Shown piece after piece: positions 35,357-45,924 of a stretch of 64,000 nt of DNA; the stretch's first letter is position 1, and every line of letters begins with the position of its first letter. Location: the NCBI GenBank assembly GCA_020632135.1, contig JACKGC010000001.1:52241-116240 (forward strand), given 5' to 3'. The translations under genes were made by a program, and so were the position numbers. The notes beneath the pieces were generated by a model. It ran no database searches. It was not told the DNA's origin and was given only the letters and a program-made list of their open reading frames with translations. The DNA is from Candidatus Nomurabacteria bacterium. Lineage in GTDB: Bacteria; Patescibacteriota; Minisyncoccia; Phycocordibacterales; UBA918.

Positions 35357-37138
35357 CTAATCCCCCTTCATCATCTTCATAAATACTTCCTGCGGAATGT
35401 GCACCCGGCCGCGCTCGAGCGCTTTTGCTTTACCCTTCTTCTGCTTCTCACGCAGCTTCATTTTACGGGTGATGTCTCCACCGTAGAGATGCGCCGTGAC
35501 ATCCTTCCGAAGCGCCGATATCTTCTTAGTAGCCGTAACCTTCCCCATCACCCGCGCTTGAATCTTCACTACAAACTGCTGTCGCGGCAGCGTTGTGTAG
35601 AGCTTCTCAGTGATCGACTTGGCTTCTACTTCAGCCCGTATCATACCCACCACTCGCGAGAACGCCGGCACTTCTTCCTCAGCCACTAGCACATCAAGCC
35701 GAGTGACGGTGGCTGGTCGCAACTCAGCAATTTCATATGAAAGCGACGCGTACCCACTACTGGCATTCTTCAGTCGGTCAAAAAAACCACGCATGAGCTC
35801 CCGCAGAGGCATCTCGATCGCCAACAGCGTCCGCCCATCCCCAAACACTTCCGTGTCAATCACACTCGCTTCATGCTCATAGAGGAGTGTCATCACATGC
35901 CCCATGTACTCACCTGGCAGAATGATCTGCCCAAGCACCCACGGCTCACGCACACTCACCTTATCGCCATGGTCAGGAAAGCGATTAGCAGCGTAAATAT
36001 GCTCCACTCTGCCATCGGGCCACGTGACTTCATACGAAATGGACGGTGCGGTAATGATGATGTCGATATTAAATTCACGGCGTAGGCGCTCGGTGATGAT
36101 CTCCATATGGAGCATGCCAAGAAAGCCGCACCGAAAGCCACGCCCCAAAACCCCTGAAGACTCCTCTTCGAAAGAGAGTGAGGAGTCTGATAGTTGCAAC
36201 CGGTCGAGTGCCTGGCGGAGTTGGGTGAAGTCATCTTGATTCTCGGGGAAGATCGACGACCACACCACCGGACGCGCCTGCTGATAGCCTGAGAGTGGCT
36301 CGACCATCTGCTTATCTTTCATGAGCGTATCACCCACCCCAGCCACACCAGGCTCTTTAATGCCAGTCACAATATAACCGATCTCCCCTGCTTCAAGCTG
36401 GGTCACCGGCGTTTCTTCAGGCGTCACCACTCCCACTTCAAGTGCAGTGAAGCTGCGACCGCTGGCAGCAAAGCGCAGTACGTCTCCTTTCTTCACCATA
36501 CCATCAAAGACGCGCATAAAGACAATGATGCCGCGATGGTTAGAGTATTGAAAATCAAAAATGAGCCCACGGTACGCCTCAAGCTGACTCGGTCGTGGTG
36601 CCGGGATGCGCGTGCGAATGGCCTCGAGGAGCTCCGGCACCCCAGCACCGGTTTTACCCGACACCAACATGATCTCCTCACGAGTACAGGCAAGCAGCCG
36701 CATTACCTCCTCCCCCACCTCATCGGGCCGTGAGTGTGGCACATCAGTCTTGGTCAGGACCGGGATGATAGTGAGACCCAGATCTTTCGCCATCTGAAGC
36801 GTAGTGAGAGTTTGTGCTTGCACACCTTGCGTACTGTCGACAAGCAGCAATACCCCTTCCACTGCCTTGAGCGCTCGTGATACTTCGTAGGAGAAATCAA
36901 TGTGCCCTGGCGTATCGATGAGATTGAATTCATACTCCTCACCCGCCTGCATGTAGCGCATACGCACTGGCTGCATCTTAATGGTGATCCCTCGCTCTCG
37001 CTCAAGATCCATTGAGTCAAGCACCTGCTCCTTCATCTTGCGCGCTTCGACAGTTTTGGTCACTTCCAACATGCGGTCAGCGAGCGTAGACTTACCGTGA
37101 TCAATGTGGGCAATAATACTGAAATTACGTATTTGCAT
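35357..37138 (-). CDS. lepA: elongation factor 4 (LepA)
   Basis: IRNFSIIAHIDHGKSTLADR, DTPGHIDF, LepA-specific C-terminal domain. Confidence 0.95.
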   Translation of the reverse strand: MQIRNFSIIAHIDHGKSTLADRMLEVTKTVEARKMKEQVLDSMDLERERGITIKMQPVRMRYMQAGEEYEFNLIDTPGHIDFSYEVSRALKAVEGVLLLVDSTQGVQAQTLTTLQMAKDLGLTIIPVLTKTDVPHSRPDEVGEEVMRLLACTREEIMLVSGKTGAGVPELLEAIRTRIPAPRPSQLEAYRGLIFDFQYSNHRGIIVFMRVFDGMVKKGDVLRFAASGRSFTALEVGVVTPEETPVTQLEAGEIGYIVTGIKEPGVAGVGDTLMKDKQMVEPLSGYQQARPVVWSSIFPENQDDFTQLRQALDRLQLSDSSLSFEEESSGVLGRGFRCGFLGMLHMEIITERLRREFNIDIIITAPSISYEVTWPDGRVEHIYAANRFPDHGDKVSVREPWVLGQIILPGEYMGHVMTLLYEHEASVIDTEVFGDGRTLLAIEMPLRELMRGFFDRLKNASSGYASLSYEIAELRPATVTRLDVLVAEEEVPAFSRVVGMIRAEVEAKSITEKLYTTLPRQQFVVKIQARVMGKVTATKKISALRKDVTAHLYGGDITRKMKLREKQKKGKAKALERGRVHIPQEVFMKMMKGD

Positions 37139-37187
37139 ACTTACTTTGGTCGCCCTACTCTACACTACTTTTAAGAAAAAACGAGTC

Positions 37188-38858
37188 TTATTCATCCTGC
37201 GGCGCAATGATGTCGGTCTTGAGGATCTTAGTCTGGAAGGAGCGATAGATCTCCCGGAGTTCCGGCGCGCCCACCACCGCATACGCCAGAATAATGGCAA
37301 CAAGACCCATCAGCCCTGCCGCAGCACCCTGGATCATGATACCGAGGAAGGTCTCCTGATTAACTCCATCAACCACGAATACAAGTGTCGCGTAGGCAGA
37401 CACCGCCCCTGCCAAACAGGCTACTACAGACTCCGTCACCAGACGCAAGAGCGGGCGGTAGCTGATGGCAAACGATCGCACCGAGACCAACAGCAACACA
37501 AAGAGCTGTATAAACTGCCCGAGCACAAACGCCAGCGCGAGAACCAGCACCTCCGCACCAAGCACATCACGTAAACGCAGAAGGTCGTCGAGATACTGCT
37601 GCAAGGCCAGATTATCTACGTAGAGTATACGCAGCACGTACGCGAGCCCAAGTGATACCGCGCCACTACCGAGCGCTACTACCAGCGGTAAAAAAGTCTT
37701 ACCACGAGCGTAAAACGCACGGATCAAAAGCAGCAAAATGGCTTGTGCCACGAGCGATACCACAAAAATAGCCAACATCGCGGCCGTGAGCCGTGTATCA
37801 CCCCAATCGAACGCGCCGCTTCCGAGAAGGACACGCACGATCTGCGCCCGCAGCACCACTACAAGCCCGATGATCGGCACGGACCAAAATATAATGTGCC
37901 GTAGTGCAGTGAGCAATTGGCGATTGAAACCGTCGTGGTCGCTCTTCGCGAAGAGGTTTGAAAGTGTGGGAAATGCCGCCACCGAGTAACTCATGCCAAT
38001 GATCGCTAATGGAACCGACTGCAGATTAAAGGCAAACTGAAAAACTGATACTGACCCTGCCACCATGACCGACGCCATACCAATGAGTACCAACAGCACG
38101 ATCTGATTGACCGAGAGCGTCAACGCCCGCGGCACTGACACTGTGAGCACTTGTTTCATAAGTGACCAATTGATACGCGGCACCGCCGAAAAGGCATACT
38201 CGCTACGCACCACAAATGGTACCTGAACGAGCAAGTGACCTAACGCGCCAAGCACCACACCAAGCACCAACCCAGCAAGCCCAAGTACTGGATACAAGAA
38301 AACAATACCCACAATAATGCCTACATTATATAAGAGCGGACTGAGCGCATAGAGAATGAACCGGTGGTTCATCTGAGTGACCACTCCACATAGACTCGAA
38401 AGCCCAAGTAAAAACGGCTGCAAGAGAAGGATCTGTAATAGCGTAGCGAGTTCAGCGTGCTGCCCCACAAAGCCAGGAAAAAGCTGTGGTACATACCAGG
38501 GCGCTAGTAACGCCAGCGCGCCAGCCACTATGACATAGAGCCAGACAGACGCCGTGAACACTTCAGACAGCACCCGCCCACCAGCTGGCGCACCTTCCGT
38601 AGCGATCGCTCGGTCGACAAAAGGCAATAGTACGTAGATAGATAACACTGACGCAAAGAGTACAAAGAGTAGGTCGGGAATACGAAATGCCGCGTAGTAG
38701 AGGTCGAGCTCGACTCCAGCACCAAAAGTGTGTGCAAGCAGACGATCACGGATGACCGCGAGGATCTGTGAACCAAACGCGAACAACGCCAAAATGTACG
38801 CGGCCTGATGCAGACCGCGTACTTCTTGGTACACGAAGGTGAAGACACGCTTGACCAT
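37188..38858 (-). CDS. murJ: lipid II flippase MurJ (MviN family)
   Basis: 14-TM MOP-family protein. N-terminal RDRLLAHTFGAG..LDLYYAAFRIPD signature. Confidence 0.9.
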   Translation of the reverse strand: MVKRVFTFVYQEVRGLHQAAYILALFAFGSQILAVIRDRLLAHTFGAGVELDLYYAAFRIPDLLFVLFASVLSIYVLLPFVDRAIATEGAPAGGRVLSEVFTASVWLYVIVAGALALLAPWYVPQLFPGFVGQHAELATLLQILLLQPFLLGLSSLCGVVTQMNHRFILYALSPLLYNVGIIVGIVFLYPVLGLAGLVLGVVLGALGHLLVQVPFVVRSEYAFSAVPRINWSLMKQVLTVSVPRALTLSVNQIVLLVLIGMASVMVAGSVSVFQFAFNLQSVPLAIIGMSYSVAAFPTLSNLFAKSDHDGFNRQLLTALRHIIFWSVPIIGLVVVLRAQIVRVLLGSGAFDWGDTRLTAAMLAIFVVSLVAQAILLLLIRAFYARGKTFLPLVVALGSGAVSLGLAYVLRILYVDNLALQQYLDDLLRLRDVLGAEVLVLALAFVLGQFIQLFVLLLVSVRSFAISYRPLLRLVTESVVACLAGAVSAYATLVFVVDGVNQETFLGIMIQGAAAGLMGLVAIILAYAVVGAPELREIYRSFQTKILKTDIIAPQDE

Positions 38859-38867
38859 ACTAGGCTA

Positions 38868-41465
38868 CTACTCAGTCGGAGCGGTTTCGGTTGCAGTCTC
38901 ACCTTCCCCGATTTCCAGGGCAGACTCGTCAATCACATCCTGCTCCGGAGTATCATCAGTAACCAGATCTTCAGTTTCAATTAACTCAGATATGGTATTG
39001 ACCGGTGTAACCAAATCAGTTTCAGTGGCCGCTTCTGTTGTAATTGTCTCCTCAAAATCCTCCCCTGGCGCAATCTCATTCACCGGCGTCTCAAGGCCTG
39101 TGTTGGTTGGCACTTCATACTGACCTGATTCAACTTGTGCAATCAAATTCAGTAACTCTGCATTGTCTGGATTGGTCTGACGGACCACAATGAGCTGCTC
39201 TAACGCCTTGTCTTGCTCATCACTACCAAGGTACGCCAAGGCTAACAGATAGCGTGCATTAGCGTACTGGGGATCGAGAGCAATAGCAGCACGATACGCC
39301 GCAATGGCTTGCGGTAGATCATTGTTGGCGGTTAGTAACACACCAAGCTGGAAGTATCGGGTTGGATTGGTCGGCTCGAGAGTAATGATGGCTCGAGTCG
39401 TTTCAATGGCAGAATCAGCATTACCTTCAGCAATGTCTAACTGGGCTGAAAGATATAACGCTTGGGTGTAGTTGCGCTTGAGTTGGAGCGCAGCATCGAT
39501 GGCAGCTCGCGCTTCGGTCATGTCACCAATGCGAGCAGCCATTTGTGCCTCAATGAGATGATAGCCTGGATTGAGCGGATCAAGACGCTTTGCTTCAGCC
39601 AATGCTGACTTGGCACGCTCCAAGGCACCATCAACACCTGCCACGGCAAGGTTGATGTAGACACTAGCGAGCACTGCATGGTGATCTGGATTGGTAATAT
39701 CTTCTTGTACTGCCTTCTCGCTGAAGATGAGCGCTTGTTCAGCTGAGCGCAAGAAGCGCTCTTGTTCTGCCTCACTTGGATTGCTTACTCCAAGTAATGT
39801 AGCTAGATCGGCGAGGTATATCTGAGCGCGCGCACTCACAAACCGATCATCTGGATACAGACCGTATGAACGCAGCGCTGCTTGCTCAACCACATCAATC
39901 GAAGCGTTAGTGGAGCGAGTTTCTGAGAAGCTCGCCTGCGCCACATACTGCTTCCCAAACGTAAACAGCGTTCCTACGGTAGTAGTGATGATCACGATAA
40001 CCGCTGCCATAATGAAGAACCCCCGTTGTCGATTGATAGCCAGCGGAACAGTTCGCACGGTGTACGGCAACAGTGCCGCCGCTGCCACAAAGGTGAAACC
40101 TGTAAAAAGGGCCCCTAGGAGCAGGATGCCAGCACCGGGCACATACACATATGACATGCCCCAAATGAACGTCGCGGCCGCAAAGTTTAGTGAGCCAAAG
40201 TAGTACCAGTAGGAATCGCGCTGTGTGCTACGCAGCAACATGCGGTACCCGAGATATAAGAATCCAAGGTGGAACACTAAGACCAATACTCCACCAAGTA
40301 AGCCTGTGGTGACAAAGAGCGTCGGCACGTACCCATTTCCAGCGCTGAAGTCTGTCTCCCAGAAAATGGTCTCATTGATACTAGGATCCTTATATTGACG
40401 CCAAGCATCAGCGAAGCGATTCGGACCAATACCCAGTAGTGCGTTACCATTGTAGACAGCCTGTGCGATGTTCATGGTTGCCTCAAGTGATGGACGAACC
40501 TCAACAAAATCAACTGATGTTAGATCACTCATCCGCTTCCCTGCGTAGTCCCCAGCTACGATGAAGACGATACTCACCAAACACACCAAAGTGGTCACGC
40601 CAATGAGGACTCTGGGATTACTGGATGCACTGGCGCTCGGCCCCTTAAACAGCTTGTCTCGAGAGAGTAAGTACAGCAGGACCAGTAAGGCGAAGAACCC
40701 TACCGCGATCCAGATATTGAAGAAATTGACGATACTTAACAAGACTAGCGCAACCATCACCAAGCCAGCGATAGCGTACTGCAACACGGCCTTGAGCGGC
40801 AGCTGAATAAGTGTCACTAAACCAAGGATGACCATCATGCCAGCGAATATAGCCAGGTCATTGAAACCTCCAAGAGGCGAGACCGTCACCGCATTGAAGG
40901 TGTCAAAACTTAAGAAGTCAGCCCCAAATATGACTCGCAACACATTGTAGGTCAAAAGAAGTGCGCCGGTACAGGTAAAGAACGTAAGCGCCTTGATGGT
41001 CATTAGTTTGGAACCTTGGAACAGAAGCGGGATAGTCATGACAATACCGAGCAAAGCAGTGAAGCTCGCGGTGTGTATCTCAAACGTGCTACCCCGCAGC
41101 GAGTCCTGTGCATCGCCAGACAGTGAGCCTGAGACATAGGCGATCACGACCGCCACCCAAAACAACGCTAATGTAAGTGGCATGATCGTTGCTACCTGTG
41201 ATTTTCGCAGCGCTAAAAGCCCACCCAGGATCATCACGATTCCCACTGCCACTAACGCCAGTACTGATTTATCAAATCCGAGCGAAGCCCAGAGTCCGGG
41301 TGTAAAGAAGACCGGCAACAAACCAAATAAGGCTATGATGATATATTGACTCATTCGATGGAGCAATGAACCAATATCGTCCTTTTCTGTAACCACTGAA
41401 GCGTGCACGGCCGGCTCAGTTTCTTCCTCCTTCTTAAGCTTCGGAATAAAGACGTTTCCAGACAT
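38868..41465 (-). CDS. O-antigen ligase-like polytopic membrane protein with C-terminal TPR repeats
   Basis: More than 10 TMs with a Wzy_C-like core, then TPR repeats (AL.L.P....A...LA). ATG at 41465 preferred because the 41546 start would translate the rnpB terminator. Confidence 0.7.
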   Translation of the reverse strand: MSGNVFIPKLKKEEETEPAVHASVVTEKDDIGSLLHRMSQYIIIALFGLLPVFFTPGLWASLGFDKSVLALVAVGIVMILGGLLALRKSQVATIMPLTLALFWVAVVIAYVSGSLSGDAQDSLRGSTFEIHTASFTALLGIVMTIPLLFQGSKLMTIKALTFFTCTGALLLTYNVLRVIFGADFLSFDTFNAVTVSPLGGFNDLAIFAGMMVILGLVTLIQLPLKAVLQYAIAGLVMVALVLLSIVNFFNIWIAVGFFALLVLLYLLSRDKLFKGPSASASSNPRVLIGVTTLVCLVSIVFIVAGDYAGKRMSDLTSVDFVEVRPSLEATMNIAQAVYNGNALLGIGPNRFADAWRQYKDPSINETIFWETDFSAGNGYVPTLFVTTGLLGGVLVLVFHLGFLYLGYRMLLRSTQRDSYWYYFGSLNFAAATFIWGMSYVYVPGAGILLLGALFTGFTFVAAAALLPYTVRTVPLAINRQRGFFIMAAVIVIITTTVGTLFTFGKQYVAQASFSETRSTNASIDVVEQAALRSYGLYPDDRFVSARAQIYLADLATLLGVSNPSEAEQERFLRSAEQALIFSEKAVQEDITNPDHHAVLASVYINLAVAGVDGALERAKSALAEAKRLDPLNPGYHLIEAQMAARIGDMTEARAAIDAALQLKRNYTQALYLSAQLDIAEGNADSAIETTRAIITLEPTNPTRYFQLGVLLTANNDLPQAIAAYRAAIALDPQYANARYLLALAYLGSDEQDKALEQLIVVRQTNPDNAELLNLIAQVESGQYEVPTNTGLETPVNEIAPGEDFEETITTEAATETDLVTPVNTISELIETEDLVTDDTPEQDVIDESALEIGEGETATETAPTE

Positions 41466-41542
41466 AATAAAAAATATGATCCCACTTGTGAATATACCCG
41501 TAATTGTAGCACAAACAAAAAACACCCGATGGGGTGTTTTTT

Positions 41543-41956
41543 GCACACATAAGCCGGATTCTGTCGAGCAATGCTCGGATGATCATATTCCTAGGATGTG
41601 CATTGCTACACATCTCATGCGACTCTTCCAGCACCACTTTCAATTTGTTCCCCACAAACTGAAAGTGGTGCTGGACACGGTCTTGCACGCAAGTAAGGAT
41701 TTAGCCGTTTCACCCTACACGTCACCATGTAGGCTCGTCTCGCGGGCCGAAGGCCCGCGAGACGCTTCCTGCCTTTCGTTGGAAGCGTCTCTGCTCGCAC
41801 CTCTCTGTTGTTGGCGGCCGCAATTTTGAAGGCTTTCAAAATTGCGGCCGCCAACCCAGCGACGGGTGTTACCCGCTACTCTGCTCCCTGGCAAGCCAGG
41901 GGCGTGTCCGGACTTTCCTCCCTGTTGCAAAACGCAGCAGAGCGATCATCGTGCGC
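41543..41956 (-). ncRNA. rnpB: RNase P RNA (bacterial type A)
   Basis: On the minus strand: GGGAGGAAAGTCCGGAC (plus 41908-41921) and GACAGAATCCGGCTTAT (plus 41549-41564) form P4. Also GGTAACACCC and GGTGAAACGG modules, and P1 pairing GCGCACG/TGTGTGC. Followed by the terminator at 41516-41542. Confidence 0.85.
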
Positions 41957-41993
41957 CGTACATTATGCAATAATATACAAATAATGCAACATT

Positions 41994-42548
41994 CTACGGA
42001 GTTGGTAGGACCACTTCATCCCCCACTGCAATAGTGTTGCTGGCCGCAAAACCTGCATTGGCTTCAACCACGTACCAGGCTGGGGTCGGCGATGCGAACG
42101 ACTGTGGGAAGGTATCTGGTGAGACATTCTCTTCGATGTGCACAATCGTACCTTCCTGATTTACCCACATGATGTCGAGTGGATATTTCATATCCTTCAT
42201 CCAGATCGAATGTTGACCAGCCACTCCAAAGGCAAATAGTTTCACCACGTGCTCGGGCAAAAATGGTGTATCAGACAAGCCTTTGATACGTGACGAGAGC
42301 GTGTCAGCGATTGACGCTTCGACGTGAACTCCGCCGATAGTAATACCAACGGTCCCGGGATAGATCGTCCGCCAGTCTTGTGGGTCCGTTTCTGACACGA
42401 CTTCCACGATCGGCCGCTCATACTCACCGCGAGCTACCGCGTCACGCACCTGTTGTTGCTCATACTGGACTGAAAAATAGATCCACGCTCCGCCGCCCAC
42501 AAAACACAGCAATATAAGCACCATTACAATTCGTTCAGCAATCTTCAT
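41994..42548 (-). CDS. DUF192 domain protein
   Basis: N-terminal TM. GL.....L..........W.M.DM..PLDI.W.......V pattern of COG1430/DUF192. Confidence 0.75.
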   Translation of the reverse strand: MKIAERIVMVLILLCFVGGGAWIYFSVQYEQQQVRDAVARGEYERPIVEVVSETDPQDWRTIYPGTVGITIGGVHVEASIADTLSSRIKGLSDTPFLPEHVVKLFAFGVAGQHSIWMKDMKYPLDIMWVNQEGTIVHIEENVSPDTFPQSFASPTPAWYVVEANAGFAASNTIAVGDEVVLPTP

Positions 42549-42586
42549 GTTGCATAGTGTACCAGACCTAACCTCACCACGTCACC

Positions 42587-43849
42587 CTACATCAACCAGT
42601 CAAGACACAAAGTTGATAGGCCAAGTAAGAACAAAAGGCCAAGCACATCCGTCGCGGTTGTAATGAAAATGGTTGAGGTGGCTGCCGGGTCTTTCCCCAA
42701 GTGCTTCATGAGGAGGGGAATAAAAGAACCGGCAACTGCAGCCACAATATGTGCGCCCACCAATGCCAATCCAACCACTAGACCAAGCTCGGGCGCACCC
42801 TTCCACACCGTCGACACGAGCGCCACGATCGAACCAATAATGATACCGTTGATGAGGCCGGCCCATAATTCACGCCAAATGGCTGGCATAGCGTTCTGAA
42901 TTGAGATCGTACCCAGCGTAATACCGCGCACCATGATGGCAAATGATTGCGTTGCTGCGTTACCACCCATACCCGCAATGATCGGAATGTAGATCGATAG
43001 AATAGTCAGAGTGTTGAGTGTGTCCTGAAACATCAGCACCACCGAACCTGCCAAGAAACAGGTGGCTAAGTTCAATATGAGCCATCGATAACGATTGTTG
43101 ACCTTGCGTGCCACACTATCAAATGGTCGCTCACTATCATCGACGCCAGCAAAATCATAGAGTGATTCTGCGGGCAACTTGCCAAACAACAATCGGGCCG
43201 CATCGGCATAAATGATCCCGAGTACGCTCGTGTCTCGGTCGAGGACAATGACCTTTTTACTATTAGTAGAAACCAATGTCTCGATCACTTCATTGATCTC
43301 GGCTTGGTACGTAATGGTCTGCAAGGGCTGAGCATGTTTCTTGAGTACGCTATTACTTCGTTCCCGCACGATACTCGACAGCGGTACCTCGCCGATCAGT
43401 TCACCTTTATGGTGTACTAGCACTTCAGGATACCGGGCCGTCTCATCATAATATTCACTGATGAGCTCGGCTGCCTCCTTGATGGTCAGCGCGCCATCAA
43501 GGAAGAGGTAGTTGAAATTAATGAGTTGTAGTGTTGCCTTCGGGTGAAACCGCAGGAAGTAGTCCATCTTCTCTTTCACGTCACCCTTGAGGCGCTGCAC
43601 GACCTTTTCGCGACGTTTGGCATCATGCACCCGCGCTAAAACCCGCTCGGCTTGGTGCATATCCATATGATCGAGCAAGTCAACGATCTCGTGGATCTTA
43701 AGCTGCTTGAGTATGGTCTGCTGTACGTATGGAGAAAGCTTCTCAAACGCTGCCGCGCGTTCAGGAATAGTAAGGGCTCGCAAGGTCGCCATCCGTCCAT
43801 TAGGGTGGTAGGTCAGCGCCTTTACGTAGTCAATCTCCTTTTTAGCCAT
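42587..43849 (-). CDS. mgtE: magnesium transporter MgtE
   Basis: MgtE N-domain, CBS pair, 5-TM C-terminal domain ending DVLGLLFLLGL. Confidence 0.9.
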   Translation of the reverse strand: MAKKEIDYVKALTYHPNGRMATLRALTIPERAAAFEKLSPYVQQTILKQLKIHEIVDLLDHMDMHQAERVLARVHDAKRREKVVQRLKGDVKEKMDYFLRFHPKATLQLINFNYLFLDGALTIKEAAELISEYYDETARYPEVLVHHKGELIGEVPLSSIVRERSNSVLKKHAQPLQTITYQAEINEVIETLVSTNSKKVIVLDRDTSVLGIIYADAARLLFGKLPAESLYDFAGVDDSERPFDSVARKVNNRYRWLILNLATCFLAGSVVLMFQDTLNTLTILSIYIPIIAGMGGNAATQSFAIMVRGITLGTISIQNAMPAIWRELWAGLINGIIIGSIVALVSTVWKGAPELGLVVGLALVGAHIVAAVAGSFIPLLMKHLGKDPAATSTIFITTATDVLGLLFLLGLSTLCLDWLM

Positions 43850-43899
43850 GTGCTCATAGTATAGCAGGTGGCCAAATCTCTCTGATGTGGGGGATGTAT

Positions 43900-43937
43900 A
43901 AAAAGCGGGCGTCCCCTTCGGGGACGCCCGCTTTTTT
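43900..43937. terminator. bidirectional terminator (AAAAAGCGGGCG family)
   Basis: aaaaagcgggcgtcccc-ttcg-gggacgcccgctttttt. Confidence 0.75.
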
Positions 43938-43943
43938 ACTCCA

Positions 43944-44738
43944 CTATTCCACCTCGCCCTCCACCTCGATCGCGGCCTCCGCCTTCAACTCATCAATGTA
44001 CTCATCAATGACCGTCTGCTCTTTTGAGGTACGGATCTGTGCAGCCACTTGCTCGCGCACTTCCTCAATCGCTGGCAAACCAGCTTCTTCCCCACCCGCA
44101 CCCTGGTAGACTTCGGCGATCTCCTCTTCCGTTACCTCAACCGCCGCTTCAGCAAAGAGCACCTCAAGCAACTCCTGGATCACGATCTCATCACGGATAT
44201 CAGAGTGAAGCTGTTCAGCATCAATGCCTAATTCCTCCATGCGAGTCACCAACACTTCCTCGCCTCCAAGGTCAGCTGTAATACTGTCTAATCGTTCGGT
44301 CACTTCCTCATCAGTCACGTCGATCCCCCGCTCAGCTGCCGCTTGCTTCAGTAGTGTTGTATTGATCAGTACATCAAGTGCCTGGTCTCTGATGTCAGCC
44401 TGGATCTCCGGACTAGTCACATCAACTCCTTGCGCTGCTGCCACTTGCGTGAACTGATTAATGCTCGTATCAAGCTGTGCATTAATAATATTATCACCAT
44501 TGACCGTAGCCACAATCGCGTTCGCTTCCTGATACTCGATGAAGCCAGCGAAGATGCTCGTTGAAGAGCGCCCCTGCTTCTCGAGCGCATAGAGCACTCC
44601 GAGTATGATCAACGCCACGACCAAGATCGCGGCAATAATACCCTTTTTGCTTTTCTTAGCCGTCGATTGCTCAGCAGCTGGTGCTGACGCCGCTTCAGTG
44701 GTCGATTCGACCTTAGTTTCTGTTTCGTTTTCGCTCAT
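43944..44738 (-). CDS. SurA N-terminal-domain-like secreted chaperone (no PPIase domain seen)
   Basis: Signal anchor IIAAILVVALIILGVLY. VATVNGDNI...QLD pattern and helical acidic body. Confidence 0.55.
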   Translation of the reverse strand: MSENETETKVESTTEAASAPAAEQSTAKKSKKGIIAAILVVALIILGVLYALEKQGRSSTSIFAGFIEYQEANAIVATVNGDNIINAQLDTSINQFTQVAAAQGVDVTSPEIQADIRDQALDVLINTTLLKQAAAERGIDVTDEEVTERLDSITADLGGEEVLVTRMEELGIDAEQLHSDIRDEIVIQELLEVLFAEAAVEVTEEEIAEVYQGAGGEEAGLPAIEEVREQVAAQIRTSKEQTVIDEYIDELKAEAAIEVEGEVE

Positions 44739-44817
44739 GGTTCTTTTTTATATTAAATCATCGCAGCCACCCCACTGGCAGCACAACGTACGTAGCTGCA
44801 ATAGTACCCCAGGATAC

Positions 44818-45570
44818 CTAAGATGACAAAGCGCCTTGGTGTTGAGCACTCCAAGAGGCCAACACGATCGCTGTGGCAGCAGCGGCATTGAGTGATTCAC
44901 ACTGTGGATGGATCGGGATAGAAATAAGATCGTCACAGGCCTCTTTGGTCTTCTCGCGCAAGCCGGAACCTTCATTTCCGAGCACAAAAACTGATGGTTT
45001 AGTGAATGTTTCCGAGACGGTCGAGACAGTGCCATCACCCTCAAGGCCGTAGACCCAAAAGCCCATTTCTTTCAGATCACGAAGGGTGGAGTTCACATTG
45101 CTGATGGTCACGAGCGGGATCTGAAACGCCATGCCGGCTGAGACCTTCACCACCGTGCCAGTGACCGGTGCTTGGTTGTGTGGCGGAATGAGTACACCCT
45201 TAAGCCCAAAGGCAGCCGCTGAGCGGATGACCGCGCCGACGTTATGTGGATCTTGTACTTCACCAAGGACCAGAAGAGCGGCGTCGGGTGTGGCAGTGAG
45301 CGTCTGCTTGAATTCCTTGTACGGGACCGTGAGCTTCTCCGGGAGAATACCAGCCACTATGCCTTGGTGCGCGGCCTTAGACGACACGCCACGCGGCGGA
45401 TTTTTCAGGTTGAGCACTTTGAGATTGACCTTCAGCGAATCAACCAGGTCCAAAATTGACCCACCTGAAAAATCCGCCGCCGCATGCACCTCCACCACCA
45501 CATCCGGCCGCTCCTTTAGCACCTCATGCACGGCATGCTTCCCAAAAATGTATTCGATCTCGGCTTTCAT
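44818..45570 (-). CDS. rlmB: SpoU/TrmH family RNA 2'-O-methyltransferase (RlmB-like)
   Basis: N-terminal substrate-binding domain (FGKHAVHEVL). SpoU motifs LGEVQDPHNVGAVIRSA, LGNEGSGL, IPI....ESLNAA. Confidence 0.85.
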   Translation of the reverse strand: MKAEIEYIFGKHAVHEVLKERPDVVVEVHAAADFSGGSILDLVDSLKVNLKVLNLKNPPRGVSSKAAHQGIVAGILPEKLTVPYKEFKQTLTATPDAALLVLGEVQDPHNVGAVIRSAAAFGLKGVLIPPHNQAPVTGTVVKVSAGMAFQIPLVTISNVNSTLRDLKEMGFWVYGLEGDGTVSTVSETFTKPSVFVLGNEGSGLREKTKEACDDLISIPIHPQCESLNAAAATAIVLASWSAQHQGALSS

Positions 45571-45641
45571 ATTTATGTGCGAATCGTAGCAGAAGCGAGG
45601 GGTAAAAGGAAGCTTAGCGCAGTCGATGCAACCCGAACTCC

Positions 45642-45923
45642 CTATTTGAATAATTGAGCATGGTTGCTGATATTCACTAAAACGAGAATTAGAAGCCCAT
45701 CATCCACCTGGTAGATCAAAAGAATATCGGGCGCTAGGTGACATTCTCTAAACGCTTTCAAGTTACCAGTCAGTTGATGGTCACGAAAATTACTAGGCAG
45801 ATCTTCACCAGCTGATAGCTTCTTGATGACCTCCTTAAGACGTTTTGGCTTAAAACCGGGCAGCTGTCGGACACGTTTGAGCGATCTTTTAAACCTGCTG
45901 GTGTAGTGGACCGTATACCGCAT
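45642..45923 (-). CDS. type II toxin, YafQ/RelE family mRNA interferase
   Basis: MRYTVHYTSRFKRSLKR...DHQLTG..KAFRECHLAPDILLIY...H..LF pattern. The ATG lies 1 nt after the antitoxin stop. Confidence 0.8.
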   Translation of the reverse strand: MRYTVHYTSRFKRSLKRVRQLPGFKPKRLKEVIKKLSAGEDLPSNFRDHQLTGNLKAFRECHLAPDILLIYQVDDGLLILVLVNISNHAQLFK

Positions 45924-45924
45924 A

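Noticed and set aside
41434-41930. Several 70-117-aa ORFs on both strands
   Set aside because: They overlap the RNase P RNA gene.
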